Of a DNA stretch of 64,000 nucleotides, positions 12,001 to 22,540 are shown one piece after another. The DNA lies in NCBI GenBank assembly GCA_020891255.1, contig BQFW01000005.1:62001-126000 (forward strand), written 5' to 3'. Numbering within the stretch: position 1 is the stretch's first letter; the number at the start of each line of letters is the position of its first letter. The notes beneath the pieces are model-generated. The model saw only the letters and a list, made by a program, of their open reading frames with translations. It was not told the DNA's origin and did not search any database. The position numbers were made by a program, and so were the translations under genes. Source of the stretch: Entomortierella parvispora E1425 (lineage: Eukaryota > Fungi > Mortierellomycota).

Positions 12001-12977
12001 CAATAGAGTCAGAAATCCATACTGGAGGTCGATATTATTTTACCAACGGCGAAAACGATCCTTGGAAGGAATTGACGTTAGCGAGCTCAAACGCGCAAGC
12101 ATTCTTGAGCCAACGCAATGCCCTCCGCCAGACGATTCGAAAGCGAAAGAAGGCTGTTGCCCCAGATACCCTTATCTCGCGATCATCTCCAGCAGCCACC
12201 ACCGTTACCGCCACCAACTCAGCAGCTGTTGCGTTCACTCCGATCGCACTACCATTCCCGGACAAAATCGAAAACGCAGTATCACCTTTGCAGTCGACGC
12301 ACCTTGAGTCTCATTCTCGTATCAACAAAGACTACAGCTACCACCACCACGATCATTATTACCACCAAGAGATCCACGGAAAACACAACAAGTATCGCCA
12401 AAACAGCCGTCATCGACACCGGCGATACAGTCCCATCGGAGGTTCAACTCCCGGATCGACCTTGACACCAACGTGGCAGGATCCCCAGTCAGCGCCTGAT
12501 CTCTCAGCATCCAACACTGCCGTAAGCGTAGATGAAGACGACAATGGGGATGGCGAAGCTGTAGACAACATAGCGGTGCGCCCTGAGACTGCTGCCTTTG
12601 TCGGAGACAAGGCATGTCCAACGGCATGCCAGGACGCGATTCCATCTTTGGATTCTACTCCATCTCCCTCTATCAGGGATCTCCCTGACAGCCCATCATC
12701 AACACCAAGTGCGCCCATTGCAGTTCATCTTGCTGACGATGAGGATGAGGTAGGCGATAGGACTGTCATGCGAATTATTCCAGGTGCAAGTCATTGTCAG
12801 GATATTCTCTATGAATCGACGGATCTGGACTCGATCGAACTAAGAGCGGAACGTCAGCATGTCTTGAACACATTTGTGCGCTGGATCGCGATAGATGTCA
12901 GACGACAGGAGCAACGGCGACAGAAACAGACAGAAGCTTCAGCTACTGGTGCTGGTACCAGTGCTGATATCCAATAA
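9019..12977 (+). CDS. Secreted serine carboxypeptidase, family S28, greatly expanded (1288 aa)
   Basis: Signal peptide; FFQQILDHF, YKPG|GPVILW (GC-AG intron 9845-9936), LEHRFYGKS, GCSYGG (Ser), WLWQTCSELGY, NGENDPW (Asp), GASHCQD (His). Confidence 0.9.
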
Positions 12978-13060
12978 AAAAAAAAGTCTTGATGAACTTC
13001 ATGAGAATTATTGTTATTTTACATGCTTTTTTTTTTTCTAACTGTCGTCTATGAATGGGG

Positions 13061-14041
13061 CTATTCATGTACGCCAGACGAGAAGGGTATCCGGGTTGGC
13101 GAGCTTTTTCCTGAAAAGCATCTTAGTTCTTGAACAATTGTTGACGTGCAGGTCGACCCTGCATATTCTGGAGGTTGATCGAGATATGACGGTGCCATTT
13201 TGGATCCTTTCTCTTTCTCCTCATCTTCTTCCCTGTCACTACCACCGCTAGTCTCGTCGTCTGCAAAGACCCGCATCATGGACGACGCTAAAAAGATGGC
13301 CACGAAGATAAAACCGATTCTGGACAATTTGCCAGCCATGGTATCGGATTCCTCATATTGTTGTCGCCACTTGAACTCTTCGCTGGCCCGTTCCCGTGCT
13401 TGTCTCCGTTCCTCGCGCCTTACTTCTTGCTCGTAATGCATCTCTTGATGCGACTTTGAATCAAAATGAGACGCGCTGGGCTTGCCGCCATACGTCGGTC
13501 GAAAAGCTGCATGGGCCCTGGCCTCCGCAGCAGCAGTAGCAGACTGTTTAGAGTGGCGGAAGGGAGTTCTCCTGAGGGTGCCCCTTGCAGATGGCCTTGA
13601 GGAGGCAGAGGATGAATAGGAGCCAGCAGAGGAAGAGTAGAGTTGACCTGATCGGTCGAGCAGAGTGAGGTCATAGTCACGTCGTTGACGGTCGTCGCCT
13701 AGGACCGAGTAGGCCTCGTTGATGTGCAGGAATCGTTGACGGGACTCTTCTGAATCGTTCTTGTCGGGGTGATGGAGCTTGGAGAGGCGGTAGAATTGGG
13801 TCTTGATCTCTTTCTTGGACGCGTCTTGGGAGAGGCCGAGTTGTTCATAGTGGTTGCGTCTAGGGGAATGAGAGGACGAGGAGGAATGGAAGTAGGAGGA
13901 ATGTGATGATCGGTCGTTGCCAAGAAGCGATCCAGAGGCAAGGAGTGCGGGTGCTATTCTATGGCTTGTGGCTAGAGAGAGGTGGCCGGGTCGTGGTGGC
14001 CTACAGTAGCGGAAGAGGTGTAGGTGTAGGTGTGGAGCCAT
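13061..14041 (-). CDS. J-domain (DnaJ) protein with N-terminal presequence-like region and C-terminal TM helix, probably mitochondrial
   Basis: NHYEQLGLSQDASKKEIKTQFYRLSKLHHPDKN..FLHINEAYSVLGDDRQRRDYD with an intact HPD; hydrophobic IGFIFVAIFLASSMM; intronless. Confidence 0.88.
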   Translation of the reverse strand: MAPHLHLHLFRYCRPPRPGHLSLATSHRIAPALLASGSLLGNDRSSHSSYFHSSSSSHSPRRNHYEQLGLSQDASKKEIKTQFYRLSKLHHPDKNDSEESRQRFLHINEAYSVLGDDRQRRDYDLTLLDRSGQLYSSSAGSYSSSASSRPSARGTLRRTPFRHSKQSATAAAEARAHAAFRPTYGGKPSASHFDSKSHQEMHYEQEVRREERRQARERASEEFKWRQQYEESDTMAGKLSRIGFIFVAIFLASSMMRVFADDETSGGSDREEDEEKEKGSKMAPSYLDQPPEYAGSTCTSTIVQELRCFSGKSSPTRIPFSSGVHE

Positions 14042-14239
14042 GCTGGATGGATGACTAGCAATGAGGAGAAAAGTGATACATGCATGCATCTTGAGGGCGT
14101 GCGCCCTTCGCCAGAAAAGGGTTAGGCAACAAGCAGTCACTTCTTCGTGGCAAGAAGTGAACGCGCGGAGTGGAGGAATCGCTTCTCTCTTTTTCTTTGC
14201 ATTACTCATCCCCACTTCCGTTCACCACAACCACGCACC

Positions 14240-14560
14240 ATGACCGTCGCACACATCATTCTCCTCAAGTTCAAGCCCTCCGTCTCTGAGGAGCAGGCCC
14301 AGGATGTCCTGAAGAAGGTCGCTGACCTGAAGAACAAGCTCACCGTTGTCGAGTCTGTCCACCTCGGTGTCAACTTTTCGGCTCGCTCCAAGGGCTTCAC
14401 CCATGGCTTCACCATGCTCTTCAAGGACCGTGCCGCCCTCGAGACCTACGACAAGTCCTCCGAGCACGTCGATGCCGTCACGAACCACATCCGCCCCAAC
14501 ATTGAGGATATCTTGGCCTTTGACTATGATGTCGAAGAGTACTCCATCCCTCGCCTTTAG
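14240..14560 (+). CDS. Dabb-family stress-responsive A/B barrel protein
   Basis: MTVAHIILLKFK..VHLGVNFSARSKGFTHGFTMLFKDRAALETYDKSSEHV..ILAFDY; intronless; strong C-ending codon bias. Confidence 0.9.
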   Translation: MTVAHIILLKFKPSVSEEQAQDVLKKVADLKNKLTVVESVHLGVNFSARSKGFTHGFTMLFKDRAALETYDKSSEHVDAVTNHIRPNIEDILAFDYDVEEYSIPRL

Positions 14561-15000
14561 AAGATCTTCCTTTCAATAAAAACACTACCCATGTAGGATC
14601 AACTCTAGAGTCAAAGTAAAAGATTATGGGGTATGGGATGTGGCCTATCTCTGCATGGAGATGGTACAAAAGCTGCGTGAGAAGTTTCGTTGCATTTGCA
14701 AAATATGGGTGTCCACTGTCCCGGAAAATGGAACCCCGGTCGTTGCTTTCAAATCAAAACCAGATATTGTTCAGGTACTGCTGCAGATATCTTCTCCTGC
14801 GCGGGCGTCATAGAGAAGTGGCGCTATCTTCTTGCCTTTATCTTTTCGCATCATTCTCTAGGCACATTGCTCTATCAGTTCCCAGAACAAAAACAAAAGT
14901 AAGGGTAAATGACCCAGTAGGGATCTCAGATCGGGTTTTTTTCTTTTTTTTTTTTGAAAATTGTTTTAATATCTATATGTGAATGCAGAGGAGAGCTTTT

Positions 15001-15893
15001 TTATGCGGATGAGGTAGAGGGGGTCGATAATGAAGCAGCAGCGGCGGCGGTTGAAGGCGTTGAGACTGCAGGAGCCTTGACAATGTAGTTGCCCTGGTTA
15101 TCCTTGGCCAAGATAGCCTTCCACTGATCTGTCATCTCCAAAGCCTTCTGGGGCTTGGGTGTATCCGTGAGCTCCAAAGCAGCGACAGCCATCATCACCA
15201 ACACTGTGAATCCCTGAGCGTACATACCTAGTGGCCATTGAAAAAAAAAGGATAATATGGTTGAGTATTTGCGATCATGGATCGTGACGAAAACGATCAA
15301 TTGCAAAAAGGACACTTACGGGCAGTGACGATACGCTGGGTGGTGGTCAACCCCTTCTTGGAGAAGGTGTATCCCAAAGAACCAGCCATGCAGGTCAACC
15401 ATGAGATTCCAACGACTGCATTCCTGTTCTCGCGAACTTGGTAGTTCAACTCGGCAAGGATACCACGCTGAGCACGGATCTCGGCTCTGGCAGCGTCGGC
15501 AGCCTCCTGATCCAAGTGACGGAGCAACTGACGGTCCTCGTAGTGAACGCGAGCATGATCGGCGAAAAGAACAGAAGTAGCGGCCACACCTATAGAAAAA
15601 ATGAACAGTGGGGCGTTTAGTTTCACAAAAAAAATCAGAAGGCTTCAGGACGGTATCAAAAATAAACAAAAGAGATAAGAAGTTTTACCAGTTCCGAGCA
15701 AGAAGGTCTTCATGGGGCGAGAGAGAGTCTGGTAGGTCTTAGAGTAACGAGCTCCGGACATGGCAACAAGTCCTCCAGCGACGAGAGCCAAACCGGCACC
15801 CTTGGCGGCGGCAGTGAAGATAAGAGTCTGCTTGTCCTCCTCCTCTTCCAAGAGAGGGTTCTTGAAGTCCTGGACGTGCAAAGATGACGACAT
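15001..15893 (-). CDS. RCF2: Respiratory supercomplex factor 2 (HIG1-domain protein)
   Basis: Three exons; NRNAVVGISWLTCMAGSLGYTFSKKGLTTTQRIVTAR|MYAQGFTVLVMMAVAAL is a HIG1 domain, preceded by two N-terminal TM segments. Confidence 0.85.
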
Positions 15894-16441
15894 TGTGTGT
15901 ATATGTATATGTGTGATGTGTGTGAGAGGGAGAGGTAATGAAGAGAATGAATGACCCTGAAGAAAAGAGAGCAGAAAGCGGAAGGTAGGTCGAGAGGGGT
16001 GGTTTATAGAATGAAGAATGAATGAATGAGTGAATGCAAAGAAGCAAGAAAAAAAAAAGGTCTGCCTGATCTCGGCCCTCCTCTTATTGCAAACGACGCT
16101 CCTGTCGGAAGAGAGACTGAGAGACATTTCGTCGGGAGCAGACGGACAGCGCACCGGTGCGCCCTCGCTCTCGGATTGCACAAAAGCAGCCCGGTCAATT
16201 ACAGATATGGAATTTAGGACGAGGATCGCCGACTGCCTGTTCGGACTTTGAAGTTTGACTCTCGCTCATTCTCGCTGCTCGCCCACTCCCTCACTCCCTC
16301 ACACCTCCACACCTCCCACTCCTCGCACGCTTCTGACCCGTGTTGCCACCAAAATCGAACAAACCTTTATTGCATTCGCACCTGTCATTCATCTCCATTT
16401 CTTCTCCATTCCCGAAAAAGAGAGAGCAGACAACAGGCTCA

Positions 16442-18305
16442 ATGGCATCCAGAAAGCCGGTTTCATCCACTCAACAGCAACGCCACCAATTACTTCGCCA
16501 GAACCCCCCCGCCGAGGGCGGCGGCTTCATTGTCGAGGGCGAGACCCTGGCTCCCACCTCGCGTGGTGGTCGACAATCCGCTGGATCCAAATCCTCCTCC
16601 TCCGCTATTGCAAGCCTCCCTCTCCCCACGGATACCTCTGGAGCCATCGACTATCTCCTCGAATTGACTCGTCCTCATCATGTCCGTCAACAAAAGCCAT
16701 TTCCTCGTGTTTGCATGGTCCACCAGATCTACAGTCTTCTCAAAGATCACACCACCGTCGATCGTACCTTGGCTCAGATGATCAAGGATGGACTTATCCG
16801 AAAGTTTTACATTGGTGGCACAGGATCAGACGAGTTCGCCATCATGCGGACACCGGACTATGTAGACCAGATCATGGTTGCCAAAGAACAATATTTAAAA
16901 GAACTTGAAGAGTCCTCATCCGCTACATCATTAGCAGTTGGATCAACAACGAAACGCAAATTACCGGAAGACAACATGTCGGAACCGAGTACCGTCATTG
17001 GAAACTCAAACAAAAGAAGCTCGACGGTACCGAGAAGGTCGGGAGCCCGGGTTGGCAATGGAGATGGAAGTGGAGGAAGAAGAGGAGGAACTAAGAGTTC
17101 AGAGGTTCTTCAGGCGGAGCTGGAGCATGCGGGTGACCTGTTTGATCGTTTCCGAAATTTAGTCACAAGTGGTCAGTGCATTGAAATTTCTATCCAGCAC
17201 TCCAATCTTCAAGAGGCCATTGGTGCCACGGAGGAAGACATCACGTAGGAACAAGGAACTTCTGGGATTTTATTGTTCTTTGAGGGAATATCCGATCCCA
17301 CGCCCACATCTGTCAGAGATACTCCGCAGCCCCTTCTTTTCTCGCTCTCTAACTCTATGATATGGTTATTTTCCCCTCCTTTCATTCTGTAGGGTACTCA
17401 TCCGATACTCGCTCCTGACCCGGTGTCTTGCAGTTCCTGCCAACCCTCACCTTGTAAATCTGAACAATGCCACTGGACGCACTGCAGGAAGCTCCGCCAG
17501 TCCCGGTGCCACCACGGGTGGAAGTGGACATTCTGCCCTGAACCAGCTGATCAACGCCACAAACCAAGAGCAATCCAGGACTGTCAAGGTAGACGTGGTA
17601 TCCTCCAGCGCAGCAGCAGCATCCATGGCCAGTTCGGGTCCTGGGTCCAATCCATCCGCCTCCATACCCACCACACCTGCTGCTGCTGCTTCGTTAAACA
17701 CCATCTCTGCGGCCTCCGGTCGTCGTGAGAGGATCTCGGACGATGTGGCTTACCGGTTCGCAATCCGTCAGGGCGGTCTCTTCGTTACCCACTTTCTCAA
17801 AGGTCGACTCGAGATTCTAAGGATGATCAAAAGACAGATGTTTGGGGACATGTTGACCTCTGTAAGCTCTTCGTTTTCCTTTTTTTTTTTTTTTTTTTTT
17901 TTTTCCGAGGAGCAGATCTGTGATCTGCATTTACCCATTTACCGGGCGATGAACTAAAATCATGGACTGAACCTTTGTACACTCATGTCTTTTTTAGGCT
18001 GTCATTGCAAAACCATTGCGCGGTTCGTTCCTGCCCCACGAGTTTCATATCCACGATCTGGTCGGAAGTGGCCGTGTCCAAAGGTAATACTTAATTGATC
18101 GGATGTTTTTGGTCAGGGCAGTTGTGGGAAATGTGCTTGGAAAATTGAAACAATTGCGCGATGTCTTTCTTTCATTATCAACTCACCTATTGCTCAATTC
18201 TCGTCGTTCAAAACGTCCACTAGTGTAACAACGACAAGCGGCCAACTGCTGAAGCTCACTCAAAAGGGAGAAGCCAGTGCCAAAGCAGGAACCAATAAAT
18301 CATAA
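16442..18305 (+). CDS. STK19: STK19 homolog (tandem winged-helix DNA-repair factor)
   Basis: Exons 16442-17244, 17393-17861, 17998-18083, 18224-18305. Motifs FPRVCMVHQIYSLLKDHTTVDRTL, FAIRQGGLFVTHFLKGRLEILRMIKR, FHIHDLVGSGRVQSVTTTSGQLLKL. Confidence 0.85.
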
Positions 18306-18466
18306 AAAAAAGTTGATTTATTTTCCTTAGGTTTTCACTAGATTAGTGGAGGGGTAACGTGGGTGAGAAAAAAGCAACTGGGAACTGGTGGTGCTGTGCC
18401 AATGCTTTTCTCGCATTGGCAGGGAATAGGACAGAGAGACGACCAGAGGTGATGTGGGCACCCTAG

Positions 18467-20495
18467 TTATACGACTACATCCAAGCCCTTGGACTTTCGA
18501 AGATCAACTTCGATTTCTCCATCGCTGATATCGTCGTCGGACACTTCTTCGACCACACTCTCCTGGAGCTCATAGAGGATATCGTAACATTCGCTCAGCA
18601 AAGAATTGCAAATACCCTGGCCTTCGGGAATCTCCTTCTCCTTGTCCAAAAATTTGCCCTCTACACGCATGTTGTCCATGGAGGCCAGCTTCATTTGATA
18701 TGGGTAGAGATCGCGAACTATGGGGAATGAAAAGTTACAGAGAGTTAAAACATATCCAAGAATAAAACATTGAGACAGAGCAGGGGTCTGACTCACAAAA
18801 CCATGGCACATTACCTGTGAAATCGCCGCCCCACTTCTTGACCTCCAGCAAGCAACGTCGCACTGTCAATAGTTGATTGTGGACGGGCATCAATGCTTCA
18901 GCGATCGGTTCTGAGGCTGAGAGGAGCACGTAGATTAGGCGATAACACTTATGGAGCATGAAGTTGAGCAGAGCCTATTAGCATAGAAGCAATGAAGGTT
19001 AGAAAAAACTGCCAGCAAAAGTAGAATATGAGCAGAGCTCATTGAAAAGGATCGAATAATAAACTCACCTGGCCCTCATGAATGTTGCCTTCGCGGTCCA
19101 CAAACTTGCCGTTTTTGCGAAGTGCACTGATCTCGCTCAATTGGATCTCATACTGCCAAAGATCCGTCTCCCGCAATGTCCATCGCTGAGTAAGAACAAG
19201 TTTCTCCAAATCTACCTTGATAAATTGCAGACGATGATAGATATCTTGGAGTGCTTTGGGCACACGCTCCTTGGTCGCCAGCAGGTTATGGCAGTCATCA
19301 TAGCAGTCCTCCAGCAATCCAATAACAGCTGCTTGACCGCTCACAACGTTTCCAGAGTTATCCAAAAACTTGCCATCAGAGCGCTTGGCTTCAATCTCTC
19401 GCAGTTCCTCCTGAATCTGATGAATGTCTGCCGCATTCCATTGTGACCGGGAGGCAAGAGTATCGAGCTCAATCTTCAACTGGACAAGTCGTCGATGAAT
19501 AGGAGCCAGTTCCGGAGAGATGGATTTAGCAGCGTCTGATAGTTCCTTCAACAAGTTGTCTACACACGAAAAGATGAGGATGATTTATCAATAACATCAT
19601 CTATGAGGCATTTCTTGCTCTTTTGAGTATTTCCCAACCACGTTTTCCCAGAAAAAGAATGGCAAAAAGCACTCACTGTTGTAGTCGAGTTTACGACGCA
19701 AGATTCTTGTTTGGATATCGGGAACGGATGCTTTTGCCTCGTCAACCACGATGAATGCCTCCAATTCCTCCAATCGGTCTCGATATTGCTTGAGGTCCTC
19801 TATTGCACGGGGAAACTCACTTCGGTTAGACAGGAAGTAGACGGGCCGAGAGACAATGAAACGCAGATCTGCATCATATCCGGACAAACGCGAGCGGACT
19901 TTGATGCCCTGTGACGTGCGTCAGAGCAGAAAAGAAGAAAGAAAAAAAAGGGCGAACATGAGCGAATACGCCCAAAAAAAGTTTGACGCTTACCAGCAGC
20001 GTATATCCCGGACTCTTGAAGGCCCGTCAGGCATTGCTACGGAGATGGCGGGAAACAGAGGTGAAAGGAAAGAGAAGGGTCAGTGACAGGACTCAACTTC
20101 ATAGTTCATTCAGGAACAAGCTGCGCGGTTGGCTCATTCAACTTGGGCAATGAGGTGCAGGTGCTTACTTTGATGGTTAAGAGTTGCACATAAGTCGCTG
20201 GACTCTCCTTGGTCTTTCCAACGGCCATAAAACAGAGTGATAAGATAACAAAGACCTCGTCCAGGATGCTGTTCACGTTATTCCTGGTACCCCAGATCTG
20301 AGAAGGCCCTCGAATCTCTTCCAGCTTTTGCAGCTGAGCTGACAGCTCGTCGTAGAGGCCGGTAACTGTGGAGGTCTTTATGAACTGGGACCGATCCTTC
20401 TTGATGGCTGTGAGTCGGTGTTTAATAGAGACGAGGGCCTCGAGGAGAGGTTGTTCCTCCATGGGAATCTGATCTGGTGTGGGAGTGGACGTCAT
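18467..20495 (-). CDS. DUF2408 / Cub1-like protein with repeated DGKF(L/V)D units
   Basis: Six exons. EQPLLEALVSIKHRLTAIKKDRSQFI at the N-terminus; three repeats ending GKFLD/GKFVD..(V/H/P)(S/E)GQ; ERWTLRETDLW-type motif (QRWTLRETDLWQY); RDLYPYQMKL. Confidence 0.75.
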
Positions 20496-20868
20496 GGATG
20501 TAAGGTAAATGTAGAATGAGGTGTGAAATGGAGTGAGCGGACAAGTGGAGGTAGGGTGGGTGTTCGTGTAGGTAGAACAGAGCGAAGAGGGAGTACGGAT
20601 GGGTGCGAGTGAGGTGAAGTTCGGCGGGGTGAATGGGGATGTGAAAGATGGAGATCAAAAAAAAAAGATGCATCGGTCTTTTATCTTTGCCAGTCGGTTG
20701 GTCTCACGCATCCCGTGCCCTTTTTTTTGGTTCCTTTTCTGTTCAGAAGGTAGTACAGGTCGGATGTCCTCTTTCACTTCAACCACACCCTCCAGCGGAG
20801 ACTTCCCCATTTTGTAAACCCTCTGAGAAGGGTGTCATTCATTGATATGTACAAGTGCGCAACTAGTG

Positions 20869-22215
20869 CTAGTGCTTCTCAGCAAGGCCGATTCTTTGGA
20901 TGACATGGCGGGGCATGCAATAGATCGGGTCGACTGCCACCAGTCCAGGGTAGCCCATCAGCGACAGGCCCGCAATGCCAAAGACTGTGTGGAAGACATC
21001 GGGCATGTTTCCTGGCCGATCAGCAATGCCGCCAGTTTCCGTGTCCTAAGAGAGGCAAGGTTAAATGGTCAATGAATAAGAATCGACTCAACACCACGAA
21101 CTCACGAAAAGAACGAGAAGTACCTGTGCCTCCAGAATAAACTTTGTCAGTTTGGTGGCGTCAATCCAGTGGGAACGCTTCAGCATGCTCAGACTGCTCA
21201 GCACCCACCACGAGTAGCAAACATCCTCCAACTTTTCAGGTCGGCCGTTCAGACCGCCATTCTTGAGTTGACGCTCGCTTAGCCACCATCCCAACTGATC
21301 TGCGTCCACATGCTGCAATGCTCCCAAGATCGTCAAAGTGCCGACACAGACGTAGACCTGTGCTGCGTGACTCTCTCCTCCAGGTGCACTTCCAAAGCCT
21401 CCATCAAAGTTACGGCAGCGAACCACATAGTCAATGGTATTCTGCAAGTTCAGGCGTGAGTCCTCCAAACGCTTCAGAAGACTCAGGCAGTTGATTGCGC
21501 AGAAAATGAACCGGGTATCTGTCTCTCCCCAACAGTCGCCACTGAAAGAACCATCTTCGTTTTGAAGAGATACCACGTCTAAAAGGCAACATAAGGAGAT
21601 GAGTCAGCCACAGTCGCCATTTGTTGGCATCATAACATGACCTTCTCGTCCAGCTTACAATCGACCACTTTATCCACGTTGATAGCATCCAGTCGGTCAT
21701 AGGTGATTAGGACCTGGACAGCACTCAGCGTCGACAAGAGATGTGGGTCATGGTCGATATGTCCACCGAATCCACCTAGAGTCGAGTATGAACTGTTAGT
21801 GCCTTGGGTCTTTCACGTCGACATAACGTCATTTTCTGATAAGAATATACCATTGTCGTGTTGGCACTTGACTAGGTACTCGACAACCTGCTCCTGATCC
21901 AGCGCGTCTGGATGACCAAGAAGATGGAGCGCTGTGGTTCCCCAGTAAAGTCCATTGACTCTCAAGTGCTCTGTTAACCAGTACTCGAGGTCGTTTTTCT
22001 TCTACAGACACGCCACATGATACACAATAAAGAGTTTAGTGTGTGTGTGGAATTCTTTGAGAATGCAGGAATGCAAATGTTGGTGCAGGAAAAACCCGGG
22101 GCTAGAAAGGTTCAATTACAGTGTCGAGGGCCTGAATGAACTTGACATGCTGGTCGAGGAGGAGCTCAGGTGCGGCTTCATCTAGCTCTGTAGAATTGTT
22201 CATGACGGACATCAT
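20869..22215 (-). CDS. BET2: Rab geranylgeranyltransferase (GGTase II) beta subunit
   Basis: Five exons. [94 protein letters not shown]. Confidence 0.95.
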
Positions 22216-22540
22216 CTGGCGGATGTGTGAGTCGAGTTTGAGAGAAATGCGAAGAATCTCGCAGAAGGTAGGCAAAAGAGGGCGTGGGTCCGTCCAGGGG
22301 CCTGGGAGGGACACGCGCATAAATGCCGTGCCGTGACTGTCTTGCTTTCGGGGTCTCAGTTCTTTTTTCTCTTTTTCACGTTCCATGCAACGAGTGCGCA
22401 TGCGACGGCACTTTCGACTCTTTTCTCTCTTTCCAATTCACCATTCCTCAATCTTCAACCTTGAATCTCAAACACACAACACTTTTGCGACCCCCTCTCT
22501 TACTCTCACCGAGTAGTGTCCACCTTTAACTGAACTATCT

